NCBI GenBank assembly: GCA_965222575.1
Contig: OZ244958.1
Location: forward strand, 160,001-224,000
DNA from: Alphaproteobacteria bacterium
Lineage (GTDB): Bacteria > Pseudomonadota > Alphaproteobacteria > G965222575
Length of the DNA: 64,000 nucleotides
Reading direction: 5' to 3'
The notes under the pieces are model-generated. The model was given only the letters and a program-made list of their open reading frames with translations. It ran no database searches and had not been told where the DNA came from. Position numbers and translations under genes: made by a program. Below, piece by piece: positions 8,753 to 17,743 of this stretch (positions within the stretch are counted from its first letter, which is position 1; each line of letters opens with the position of its first letter).

Positions 8753-10078
8753 TTATAAAATAAATTTTGACAAATCTGACTTAGTATCTAAGTCTTTGAG
8801 CTGTTCTGCTACATAAGCCTTATCAACCTTGACTTTTTTCAACGAATCATCAGGGGCTTGAAAGCTAATGTTTTCCAGCACGCGCTCCATGATGGTGTGC
8901 AGTCGTCTTGCGCCGATATCTTCTACAGACGTGTTCATATCTTCTGCGAGTTGGCATAAATAGTCTATACCATCAGGGAGGAATTTAAGAGAGACTCCTT
9001 CAGTTTTCATGAGAGCGGTGTATTGTTTAATAAGGCTAAACTCTGTATTTTCCAGTATTTTTTTGAAGTCTTCTTTGCCTAAAGAAGAGAGCTTAACTCT
9101 GATGGGGAGTCGTCCTTGTAGTTCTGGTAAGAGGTCTGAAGGTTTCGCCACATGGAAAGCACCAGAGGAGATAAACAGAATATGATCGGTTTTCAGTGTA
9201 CCGTGTTTTGTGGAAACGGTACAGCCTTCAATAAGTGGGAGTAAGTCGCGTTGAACGCCTTCCCTTGAGACATCAGCCCCGCCAATTTTGTCAGAACGTC
9301 CACAGATTTTATCCATTTCATCCAAAAAGACAATGCCATCCTCCGCCGCTAATTTCAGCGCTTCTGAGACAACTTCTGCATTATCTATCATCTGATTTTG
9401 TTCTTCAGCCTCTAAAATCTCTAAGGCCTTAGGCACGGGAATCTCTCTCGCTTTTTTAGCCCCTTTCCCAAGAGTTTTTCCCATAATTTCTCCAATGTTC
9501 AGCATCCCCATCTGTCCCCCCGGAACGCCCGGAATATCCGTCAAAGGCAGATTTACCTCAGGAGTATACGGCACATCCATCTCTACCATTTTATCTTTCA
9601 AAAGACCTTTATGTAAAAGAGAACGTAAATGCTCAATGGTCTCCTCCGTTGCGTCTTTCCCCGCAAGCTTTTCCAACAATTTCTGTTCAGCATTAGCCTT
9701 AGAAAACTTCGACAAAGTCGCAATCTTCCTATTACGCACCATCTGAATAGCAACTTCAACAAGGTCACGGATAATATGCTCCACATCACGCCCTACATAC
9801 CCAACTTCCGTAAACTTCGTAGCATCCACCTTTGTAAAAGGCGTACGCGCTAGCTTGGAAAGACGTCTTGAAATTTCCGTCTTGCCTACTCCCGTAGGCC
9901 CTATCATCAGAATATTCTTAGGCATAATTTCCTCTTTCAAGCTATCCTTCTTCAATTGCCTGCACCGCCACCGGTTGCGCAACGCAATAGCCACCGCCCT
10001 CTTAGCATCCTTCTGCCCAATAATATGCTTATCTAGCTCCTGAACAATTTCTCTAGGGGTTTGTTCTTTCATTGTCAT
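8753..10078 (-). CDS. hslU: ATP-dependent protease ATPase subunit HslU (start set at 10078 or 10072, not 10312)
   Basis: [52 protein letters not shown]-terminal DLSKFIL. Confidence 0.97.
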   Translation of the reverse strand: MTMKEQTPREIVQELDKHIIGQKDAKRAVAIALRNRWRCRQLKKDSLKEEIMPKNILMIGPTGVGKTEISRRLSKLARTPFTKVDATKFTEVGYVGRDVEHIIRDLVEVAIQMVRNRKIATLSKFSKANAEQKLLEKLAGKDATEETIEHLRSLLHKGLLKDKMVEMDVPYTPEVNLPLTDIPGVPGGQMGMLNIGEIMGKTLGKGAKKAREIPVPKALEILEAEEQNQMIDNAEVVSEALKLAAEDGIVFLDEMDKICGRSDKIGGADVSREGVQRDLLPLIEGCTVSTKHGTLKTDHILFISSGAFHVAKPSDLLPELQGRLPIRVKLSSLGKEDFKKILENTEFSLIKQYTALMKTEGVSLKFLPDGIDYLCQLAEDMNTSVEDIGARRLHTIMERVLENISFQAPDDSLKKVKVDKAYVAEQLKDLDTKSDLSKFIL

Positions 10079-10643
10079 TGTCTTTTTCCAAAATTTCAAA
10101 AGTAAAGGAATCATTGGTATAAATACAAATATCAGCCGCAATGCCCAAAGAGCGTTTCGCAATCTCCACAGGGTCATCAAGATACTCCAGTAAAGCCAAC
10201 GCGGCCGCACGAGCATACCCGCCTCCAGACCCAATAGCCATAGCATCATCATCCGGGGCAAGAACATCTCCAACTCCCGTAAGTAACAGAATTTCTTCCC
10301 GGTCAGCCACAATCATCATGGCTTCCAGCCTCCTTAAATACTTGTTGGTTCTCCAGTCTTTGGCCATCTCCACACAAGCACGCCTCAATTGTCCCGGGTG
10401 CCGCGCTATTTTATCCTCTAAACGCTCAAATAACGTCAACGCATCCGCCGTAGACCCTGCAAACCCTCCTATAATCTTGCCCTTATCGCCAAGACGGCGT
10501 ACCTTCACAGCCTTGCCCTTTAACACCGTGTTGCCTAAAGAGACTTGACCGTCTCCCGCAATCACCACTTTCCCTCCTTTCTTCACACACACAATGGTTG
10601 TTCCATAAAGAGAAGGAGACAGGATATGAGAACTTGTTGTCAT
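10053..10643 (-). CDS. hslV: ATP-dependent protease peptidase subunit HslV
   Basis: GTTI N-terminal nucleophile, [31 protein letters not shown]. Confidence 0.97.
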   Translation of the reverse strand: MTTSSHILSPSLYGTTIVCVKKGGKVVIAGDGQVSLGNTVLKGKAVKVRRLGDKGKIIGGFAGSTADALTLFERLEDKIARHPGQLRRACVEMAKDWRTNKYLRRLEAMMIVADREEILLLTGVGDVLAPDDDAMAIGSGGGYARAAALALLEYLDDPVEIAKRSLGIAADICIYTNDSFTFEILEKDNDNERTNP

Positions 10644-10772
10644 GAGACTTTATCTTTGTTATGCTTCTATTATAGAGATAAGCACTTTTTACAGGATTTC
10701 CATAAACATTATAAAATAAATTCATAACAACTCTTAAAAGGAGTTGAGATTATTGAAAATAAGGGTATAGAG

Positions 10773-11282
10773 ATGAAAAGGAAAGGAGTTGGAGTGCTAG
10801 GGTTAGCCCTAGGGATTATTCTTGGACAAACAGTGGAAGCTAAAGAAATGTTATATATGGAATTACAGTATGGGGTTGTTGAGATTGAGTTATTAGATAA
10901 AGTAGCCCCGAAACATATAGCAAGGATTAAAGAGCTAGTGAAAAAAGGGTTTTACGATGGGTTAGCGTTTCATCGTGTTATTGAGGGGTTTATGGCACAA
11001 GGGGGTGATCCGCAAGGGGACGGCAGGGGCGGTAGCGGAGAGACAATTAGCGCAGAGTTTAATAAGACGCCTTTTTTGGAAGGGACTTTAGGCATGGCGC
11101 GCACGCAAGACCCGAACAGCGGCGACAGTCAATTTTTTATTTGTTTAGCGCCCGCACGTTTTCTGGATGAGAAATACACCGCTTGGGGGAAAGTGATCAA
11201 GGGCATGGAGTATGTGCATAAGCTTCAGAAAGGAGAGCCGCCGCAAAATCCAGATAAAATTACGAAAATGTATATAAAATAA
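10773..11282 (+). CDS. Cyclophilin-type peptidyl-prolyl isomerase with signal peptide
   Basis: GFYDGLAFHRVIEGFMAQGGDP, GMAR, SQFFI, YT.WG.V. Confidence 0.95.
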   Translation: MKRKGVGVLGLALGIILGQTVEAKEMLYMELQYGVVEIELLDKVAPKHIARIKELVKKGFYDGLAFHRVIEGFMAQGGDPQGDGRGGSGETISAEFNKTPFLEGTLGMARTQDPNSGDSQFFICLAPARFLDEKYTAWGKVIKGMEYVHKLQKGEPPQNPDKITKMYIK

Positions 11283-11292
11283 AGCAAGAGGC

Positions 11293-11931
11293 ATGTCTTT
11301 TGATGTGGAAGCCTTTTTTGGTATCTTATCCTCGCGTACGCCGAATCCCCGCACAGAGCTTCAATACAAAAATCCCTACACCTTACTTGTAGCGGTTGTT
11401 CTATCAGCTCAGTCCACAGATAAAGGCGTCAACAAAGCCACAAAAGCCCTCTTCAAGCACGTACAGACTCCAGAAGATATGCTGCATTTAGGGGAGAAGG
11501 AACTAATACAGTATATCAAAACACTTGGTCTATATCGTCATAAAGCCCGGTATATTTTAGGTCTCTCCAAGATTTTAGTGGAGGAGTTTCACAGCACTCT
11601 TCCCAATAAACGTTCCGACTTAGAACGATTACCCGGCGTCGGGCGCAAAACAGCAAATGTCATCTTAAATGTCGTCTTTGGTCACCCTACAATGGCAGTA
11701 GATACACACATTTTCAGAGTCTCCAACCGCACAGGATTAGCAAAAGGAAAAACCCCTCTTGCAGTAGAACAAGGATTGCTCAAACACCTTGCCCACTTAC
11801 CGCTCTCTGTACAAAAACACGCCCACCATTGGCTCGTTTTACACGGTCGTTATACCTGTACTGCCCGCAATCCCGCCTGTAAGCAATGCCCAGTCTTCAA
11901 CCATTGTCAATGGCACAACAAAATATTATAA
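11293..11931 (+). CDS. nth: Endonuclease III
   Basis: LLVAVVLSAQSTD, HhH LPGVGRKTA, VDTH, C-X6-C-X2-C-X5-C Fe-S motif. Confidence 0.96.
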   Translation: MSFDVEAFFGILSSRTPNPRTELQYKNPYTLLVAVVLSAQSTDKGVNKATKALFKHVQTPEDMLHLGEKELIQYIKTLGLYRHKARYILGLSKILVEEFHSTLPNKRSDLERLPGVGRKTANVILNVVFGHPTMAVDTHIFRVSNRTGLAKGKTPLAVEQGLLKHLAHLPLSVQKHAHHWLVLHGRYTCTARNPACKQCPVFNHCQWHNKIL

Positions 11932-11987
11932 AATTTCCCCAAAAATTTTTGATAAGATACAAAGACAAAATAATTAAAATGCACTAA

Positions 11988-12464
11988 ATGATTTTCTCAC
12001 GCTATCCCTTTCTGTGTTGTCTCCTTATACTCAGCACAAGCATTCTGTCCTCCTGTTACAGCACAACCTCAATTCATGGTATCGCCTCCCTCACCCACCA
12101 ACTAACCATACTAGAGGAAACACAAGCCTCCCAAACAACACCACTAACACAGAACGATGTTTCCGCACTCATGGGGCCCCCTTCCTTTGTGGAAACACTC
12201 TCTCACAAGCAATACTCTGTATGGTACTACTACTACATTAGACGGGAACAAGTGGCCTTCTTCAGACCTCAAACGAAAGACTCTCAATTGATAGCCTTGA
12301 CATTTGATACCAACAAAAACTTGACAGACTCCTCTCTAGCACCACTGGGGCGCAAGATTGTCATGCGCAAAGAAACTACCCCAACACAAGGCAAAGAGCT
12401 AAATTTATGGGAAACCCTCTTTGGCAACATCGGTCGTTTTAATCAAAGCCGCACCATAGAGTAA
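11988..12464 (+). CDS. bamE: Outer membrane assembly lipoprotein BamE
   Basis: Lipobox LSSC, T..DV..LMG.PS, WYY, AFF.P, T.T.G.E, LFGNIG. Confidence 0.8.
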   Translation: MIFSRYPFLCCLLILSTSILSSCYSTTSIHGIASLTHQLTILEETQASQTTPLTQNDVSALMGPPSFVETLSHKQYSVWYYYYIRREQVAFFRPQTKDSQLIALTFDTNKNLTDSSLAPLGRKIVMRKETTPTQGKELNLWETLFGNIGRFNQSRTIE

Positions 12465-12657
12465 CCCCTTCCTATCGTCCGTTCACCTGTGCCTAAAAAC
12501 TCCCCAAACCCCCCTACCCCCCTACCCTTCTCTTCATGGGGTTTGCCTTACCCATCCTAAAAAAAGGGAAGTTTCCCCTGAAAGAAGAGAGAGGTCTCGA
12601 CTCACTGAGTCCTTTGCCACCCTCCATTTTCTCGTAAGAAAAAGACAAACACTTTGC

Positions 12658-13407
12658 CTAAAAGCGTTTCCCTATACCAAAAGCCATAGTATAACGCCAT
12701 TTACTCTGGAGCTCAATTGATTCCCCCTGCACAGTTTGTGCTATTTCTTGTCCTCTTTTACTTTTCGCCATTCCTATCCCTAGACCTATAATCAGAGATT
12801 CGTTATACCACTCCCCTCCAACAGTAAAACTGAATGTTCCATCTCCTGTCTCTTGCTTTTTCCCATCGAGCTTAGAGCTTAGAGGCATACTAAAAGAAAT
12901 CCCAGCCGTTACAAAGAATGTCTCTGATGTAGCAATACTTACCTCCCCACTAAAATCAAGACCCCAGCCTACTGCAGTGACAGTTCTCTCTCGAATTGTG
13001 ACTGTCTTGCTGTACCTATCAACCCCCATTCCTAGAAGTATTGTCAGTGTTTCTGATGTAGGAATAGCAAATTCAACGTTAATTCCTGTGGAATAGCCCT
13101 TTTCTTTGGTATGAAGAGTAACTGAAACGTCACTTCCTTCAGTAGAAAAGGTATAGTCATTCTGATATTCAAAGAGCCCCGAAAAACTTATGGAGCCTCG
13201 TATCCTATTGCTAATAGGCTCACTATACACTATACCCAAGGCGAATGCCTGAGGGTCAAAAGCCAGTGCGCCACCAATTGCTATAGTGCGCCCCTGATAA
13301 GCTGGGTGATGAAACTCATCTTTCACCTCACCTAGCACCTCACCTAGGGAAGAAAAAGGAATCAAAACAAGGGCTAGTAAAAAAGCGTTTATCTGTCTAT
13401 TGCGCAT
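12658..13407 (-). CDS. Putative outer-membrane beta-barrel protein
   Basis: Signal peptide, alternating amphipathic strands, C-terminal YTMAFGIGKRF beta-signal; RBS AAGGAG. Confidence 0.7.
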   Translation of the reverse strand: MRNRQINAFLLALVLIPFSSLGEVLGEVKDEFHHPAYQGRTIAIGGALAFDPQAFALGIVYSEPISNRIRGSISFSGLFEYQNDYTFSTEGSDVSVTLHTKEKGYSTGINVEFAIPTSETLTILLGMGVDRYSKTVTIRERTVTAVGWGLDFSGEVSIATSETFFVTAGISFSMPLSSKLDGKKQETGDGTFSFTVGGEWYNESLIIGLGIGMAKSKRGQEIAQTVQGESIELQSKWRYTMAFGIGKRF

Positions 13408-13446
13408 GGGAATCTCTCCTTAACTTAAAATCAACACGTTATTAAG

Positions 13447-13476
13447 AAGATATCTTACCCCCCCCCGCGATTTCAA
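13447..13476 (-). promoter_or_regulatory. Putative promoter with a G9 tract in the -35/-10 spacer
   Basis: Minus strand reads TTGAAA-TCGC-G9-TAAGA-TATCTT (18-bp spacer). Confidence 0.5.
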
Positions 13477-13556
13477 GGGGTTTTTTAAGCTTTTCAAGTA
13501 AAACCCTTCCAAAATGATTTCCGCCTCTAAAAGGCCGCCTTAAAAGCAGGAGAGGG

Positions 13557-13967
13557 TTACTGAGCTTTTTGGCAAGCTTTGCTTATGACATGAAAGGGGA
13601 GACAAAAACTCTCAAAAGCCTCTTTCGGCACGAGTTGTTTCAAGGTGAGCAACTCATCCTTCCATTGTTGTGGCGGGTGTGTGTGTGTGGAGGAGGTGAA
13701 CAAGCACTCAAGAGCGGTCTTAATATCGAGTTGTGTCCATCCGCAAGCGTTTTTTTCTAGGAAAGCAGCAGCAGCTTGTCCAAAAACAGAAGCTTCTATA
13801 TGTTGTTGATAGCTCTTAATACGCCCTTGCTCAAGGGTAATATGCGCCCAAGCTTGCGCACCGCAGGTGTGACTTTTCCCATAAGCAAGCGCTGTGTTTT
13901 TCTTTGCCCCTCCTACCATTAAAGACGCCATCTCAAGAATTTTCAGCGGATAAAGTTCTTGTTCCAT
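13557..13967 (-). CDS. NifU/IscU N-terminal-like protein (divergent)
   Basis: LY..KILE.A, S.TCG, GQAAAA pattern of alphaproteobacterial NifU_N-like proteins. Confidence 0.6.
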   Translation of the reverse strand: MEQELYPLKILEMASLMVGGAKKNTALAYGKSHTCGAQAWAHITLEQGRIKSYQQHIEASVFGQAAAAFLEKNACGWTQLDIKTALECLFTSSTHTHPPQQWKDELLTLKQLVPKEAFESFCLPFHVISKACQKAQ

Positions 13968-13984
13968 AAAATAACAGAGGATTC

Positions 13985-15469
13985 TTACTCCTTAGACTCT
14001 GTACTGTCATAATTAGGAGCAGATTGCATCATAGAAACGGAATGCACATGACTTTCTCTCAATGCTGCTTGCGTAAGACGCAAAAAGGAAGCCTTTTCTC
14101 TCATTTCCTTGAGATTTCTACAGCCTGTATACCCCATAGCCGCCTTTAATCCGCCTACCAATTGATAGAGAATATCAGCAGTCTCTCCTCTATAAGGAAT
14201 GCGTCCTTCAACGCCTTCTGGCACAAGTTTCACAGTGTTCTCTTGGAAGTAACGATTGACGCCCCCTTTCCGCATGGAAGCAAGAGACCCCATTCCTCTA
14301 TAGGCTTTATAGGTTCTACCTTGATACAAAATTGTTTCCCCCGGCGCCTGCTTTGTCCCGGCAAGAAGAGACCCTAACATGACGCAATTCGCACCAGCCG
14401 CTATGGCTTTAGGCACATCGCCTGAGTACCGTATGCCACCATCCGCAATGAGAGGAACACAATGCTGCGCACAAATACTCGCGCACTCTTCAATAGCGGT
14501 AAGTTGAGGCACTCCAACGCCTGAAACAATTCTAGTGGTACAAATAGACCCCGGCCCCATCCCGACTTTCACCGCATGAACTCCCGCTTCAATCAGCGCA
14601 CGCGCCCCAGCTGCTGTTGCTACATTCCCTCCCACAATCGGCAGATTCTTATAGGCTTTTCTCAGGGCTTTCACAGTTTCCAAAACACTCATCGAGTGAC
14701 CATGAGCCGTATCTAAAACAATAAAATCCACTTCCATCTCCACAAGCTTTTGCGCTCTCACAACGGAAGCCGTCCCATTCTCCACCGCCGCCCCAACACA
14801 AAGCCTCCCTTTCTTATCCTTTGTGGAAAGAGGGTAAGACTCCTCCTTTTCCATATCTTTCACAGTAATAAGACCCCGACAGCGGTATTCCTTATCCACA
14901 ACAATGAGCTTTTCAATCCTGTGTTGATGAAAAAGCTGTCGGGCTTTCTTCTTAGAGGGATTCTCTTCAATGGTAATAAGACCGTTCGCTGTCATCAATC
15001 GGCGAACCAACACCTTCCTATCGTCAACAAAACGGACATCTCTATTGGTGATAATCCCCTCTAAACGGTGCGTTCGTGGCGCTACTACAGGGATACCTGA
15101 TATATTATGCTCCCGCATGAGAGTAAGTGCTTTATCTAAGGTATCATCAGGATTTATAACAACAGGATTAATCACCATGCCGGCTTCAAACTTCTTGACC
15201 TTTCGCACTTCCTTCGCCTGTAGGGTAGACGAAAAGTTTTTATGGACAACCCCTAATCCACCAGCTTGGGCCATGGCAATAGCCATATCCGCTTCCGTCA
15301 CAGTATCCATAGCTGAAGATAAAAAAGGAATATGAAGCGTCAAGTCTCCAAAGAGACTCAAAGAGGTAGACGCTTCTTGCGGCAAAACAGAAGAAGCTGC
15401 AGGCAAAAGAAGGACATCATCAAAGGCAAAACCTAAGGGACACTCTGCTATACTAGGCTTTTTCCCCAT
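13985..15469 (-). CDS. guaB: IMP dehydrogenase
   Basis: FDDVLLLP, SAMDTVT, CBS pair, KVGMGPGSICTTR, IADGGI, YRGMGS. Confidence 0.97.
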   Translation of the reverse strand: MGKKPSIAECPLGFAFDDVLLLPAASSVLPQEASTSLSLFGDLTLHIPFLSSAMDTVTEADMAIAMAQAGGLGVVHKNFSSTLQAKEVRKVKKFEAGMVINPVVINPDDTLDKALTLMREHNISGIPVVAPRTHRLEGIITNRDVRFVDDRKVLVRRLMTANGLITIEENPSKKKARQLFHQHRIEKLIVVDKEYRCRGLITVKDMEKEESYPLSTKDKKGRLCVGAAVENGTASVVRAQKLVEMEVDFIVLDTAHGHSMSVLETVKALRKAYKNLPIVGGNVATAAGARALIEAGVHAVKVGMGPGSICTTRIVSGVGVPQLTAIEECASICAQHCVPLIADGGIRYSGDVPKAIAAGANCVMLGSLLAGTKQAPGETILYQGRTYKAYRGMGSLASMRKGGVNRYFQENTVKLVPEGVEGRIPYRGETADILYQLVGGLKAAMGYTGCRNLKEMREKASFLRLTQAALRESHVHSVSMMQSAPNYDSTESKE

Positions 15470-15544
15470 AGGACTGCGGGTCTCTTCAAATCCTGTATTG
15501 TAAGGTCTGTGTAATAACACTATGATAGTATGTTAGTTTTAGGA

Positions 15545-16783
15545 ATGTCAAAACATTATCACATGGCTATCCGCGTCAAGAACCCTATTGTAGAAATTGA
15601 TGGTGATGAAATGGCGCGTGTGATATGGGGGGATATTAAGAAGCGTTTGATTTTGCCATATTTAGAGATACCGCTTGTGTATTTTGATTTAAGCATGACC
15701 TCACGGGATAACACAAACAATGAAATTGTACAAGAGGCGGCACAGGCGCTTTTGAAGCACAATGTTGGGGTGAAATGCGCAACAATTACAGCAGATGAGG
15801 GGCGCGTACAGGAATTTGGCTTAAAGGAAATGTGGCCGTCTCCTAACGGCATACTGCGTAATGTGCTAGATGGTACGATTTTTCGTGAGCCGATTATCAT
15901 TGAGAACATTCCGCGCCTGATAAGCCATTGGAAAAAGCCAATTGTCATTGGGCGCCATGGTCTCGGTGACCAGTATCAGAGTCAGAGTCTCAGCATACCG
16001 GGGGCAGGTACATTGAGTTTACGGTTTAAGCCCGCAAAAGGAGGAGCCATCATTGAAAAGGAGATTGTTCAGTTTTCCTCCCCCGGCGTAGCCATGGGCA
16101 TGTACAATATTGATAAGTCCATTATGAATTTTGCACGTTCCTGTTTTCGTTATGGTCTTACCCGCAAGTGGCCGGTGTACTTATCCACAAAGAATACCAT
16201 TCTTCAGTCCTATGATGGGAGATTCAAAAACATTTTTTCAAGGATTTACAAGGAAGAGTTCAAAGACCAATTTGAAGCCTTAGGGTTATCTTATGAACAC
16301 CGTTTGATAGATGACATGGTCGCTTGCGCTTTACGCTGGGAAGGAGGGTTTATATGGGCTTGTAAGAATTACGATGGAGATGTACAGTCAGATTTTATAG
16401 CACAAGGATTTGGAAGTTTAGGCTTAATGACCTCTTGTCTTCTCTCTTCAGATGGCAAGACACTAGAATCAGAAGCAGCACATGGCACAGTAACGAGGCA
16501 TTTTCGTCAGTATCAAAAGGGAAAAGAAACCTCAACCAATCCCATAGCCTCAATTTTCGCATGGACAAGAGCATTGAAACACCGCGCCCTCTTAGATGAA
16601 ACAAAAGCAGTCTCCACCTTCGCAACCTGCCTTGAGAAGGCCTGTATTAGAACGGTGAAAGAAGGAAACATGACAAAAGATTTAGCTCTTTTAGTAGGCA
16701 CTAAGTGGCTGACAACCCACCAGTACATGGAAAAAATTGAAGAGGCGCTCAAGGAAAACTTACAAGCCGCACAACTAGCTTAA
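15545..16783 (+). CDS. icd: NADP-dependent isocitrate dehydrogenase (start 15545 or 15563)
   Basis: VEIDGDEM, GVKCATIT, SPNG.LRN, HRLIDDMVA, CKNYDGDVQSD, EAAHGTVTRH. Confidence 0.97.
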   Translation: MSKHYHMAIRVKNPIVEIDGDEMARVIWGDIKKRLILPYLEIPLVYFDLSMTSRDNTNNEIVQEAAQALLKHNVGVKCATITADEGRVQEFGLKEMWPSPNGILRNVLDGTIFREPIIIENIPRLISHWKKPIVIGRHGLGDQYQSQSLSIPGAGTLSLRFKPAKGGAIIEKEIVQFSSPGVAMGMYNIDKSIMNFARSCFRYGLTRKWPVYLSTKNTILQSYDGRFKNIFSRIYKEEFKDQFEALGLSYEHRLIDDMVACALRWEGGFIWACKNYDGDVQSDFIAQGFGSLGLMTSCLLSSDGKTLESEAAHGTVTRHFRQYQKGKETSTNPIASIFAWTRALKHRALLDETKAVSTFATCLEKACIRTVKEGNMTKDLALLVGTKWLTTHQYMEKIEEALKENLQAAQLA

Positions 16784-16870
16784 CAGGCGCACATACACTA
16801 GCACAGCCCTATTCTTTCTTTAGAAGCTTAATTTTGGACATCTTCATCCGTCTCTCCACACCCAAAACGC

Positions 16871-16947
16871 GGGGCGGTGAATGGGACTTGAACCCACGAC
16901 CCCCTGAGCCACAGTCAGGTGCTCTAACCAACTGAGCTACCACCGCC
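16871..16947 (-). tRNA. tRNA-His (GTG) with encoded G-1
   Basis: Cloverleaf G-GCGGTGG-TAGCTCAGTTGGTTAGAGC-A-CCTGA-CTGTGGC-TCAGG...GTGGGTTCAAGTCCCAT-TCACCGC-C-CC. Confidence 0.96.
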
Positions 16948-17023
16948 ACTAGACATTATCACCGCTCTACACTAGCATGAACTTGATGCTCACAATACTA
17001 CTAATCTGTTATTTTCTTCAACC

Positions 17024-17743
17024 ATGTCCCTCTTCAGAACTTTTCTTGCCTTCTCCATCATTGTCCCTCAGAGTGCATTAGGAAATCCTCCTGTAGCGAT
17101 TATCCTAGATGACCTAAGCACAAGTGCTGTGCATCTACAAAGAGCTTTTAGCCTTCCTTCCTCTGTTACCCTATCCTTCCTTCCTTATACCAATAAGCTA
17201 CAATCAGCCCTAGATGAGTCCCTCGCTCGCGGGTATGAAGTGCTTCTTCATATTCCCATGGAGGCCCAAGCCCCTTACCTTAATAAAAGTATTGAACGTC
17301 CCCTCACAACGAATATGTCCATTCAACTCTTACGAAAAACCTTTCTGTGGCATTTATCTCAAGGACGCGGCTACATAGGGATTAACAATCACATGGGGAG
17401 TCAACTAACGCAAGATTCCATCTTAATGAGTGAAATTTTGTTCTATATGAGAGACAGCGGTCTGTACTTTCTTGATTCCCGTACCAACAGCGCCTCGACA
17501 GCTAATAGGATTAGGGAGAGTCTAGGGATGAAGGGAGGCGTGCGGGATATCTTTTTAGATACCAGTACCTCGAATCAGGACGATGTCAAACAGCGCCTGA
17601 TGGAGCTTGAACGAATAGCCTTAAAAAACGGCAAAGCCATTGGCATATGCCACCCCTATGACTCCACAATAGCAGCCATTACATTCTGGGTTCAGTCTCA
17701 ATCAAAAGTCTCATTAGTGCCCTTATCTCAGTTACTGCAGTAA
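17024..17743 (+). CDS. Divergent polysaccharide deacetylase family protein (YibQ-like)
   Basis: AIILDDL, EVLLHIPME, GINNHMGS, FLDSRT, RDIFLD, AIGICHP. Confidence 0.9.
   Translation: MSLFRTFLAFSIIVPQSALGNPPVAIILDDLSTSAVHLQRAFSLPSSVTLSFLPYTNKLQSALDESLARGYEVLLHIPMEAQAPYLNKSIERPLTTNMSIQLLRKTFLWHLSQGRGYIGINNHMGSQLTQDSILMSEILFYMRDSGLYFLDSRTNSASTANRIRESLGMKGGVRDIFLDTSTSNQDDVKQRLMELERIALKNGKAIGICHPYDSTIAAITFWVQSQSKVSLVPLSQLLQ

Noticed and set aside
10079-10312. N-terminal extensions in the ORF track for hslU (also lptF, bamA, pgk, prs, rsmA, folC)
   Set aside because: They overlap upstream genes or promoters; homology starts at downstream ATG/GTG codons with typical stop-start coupling.
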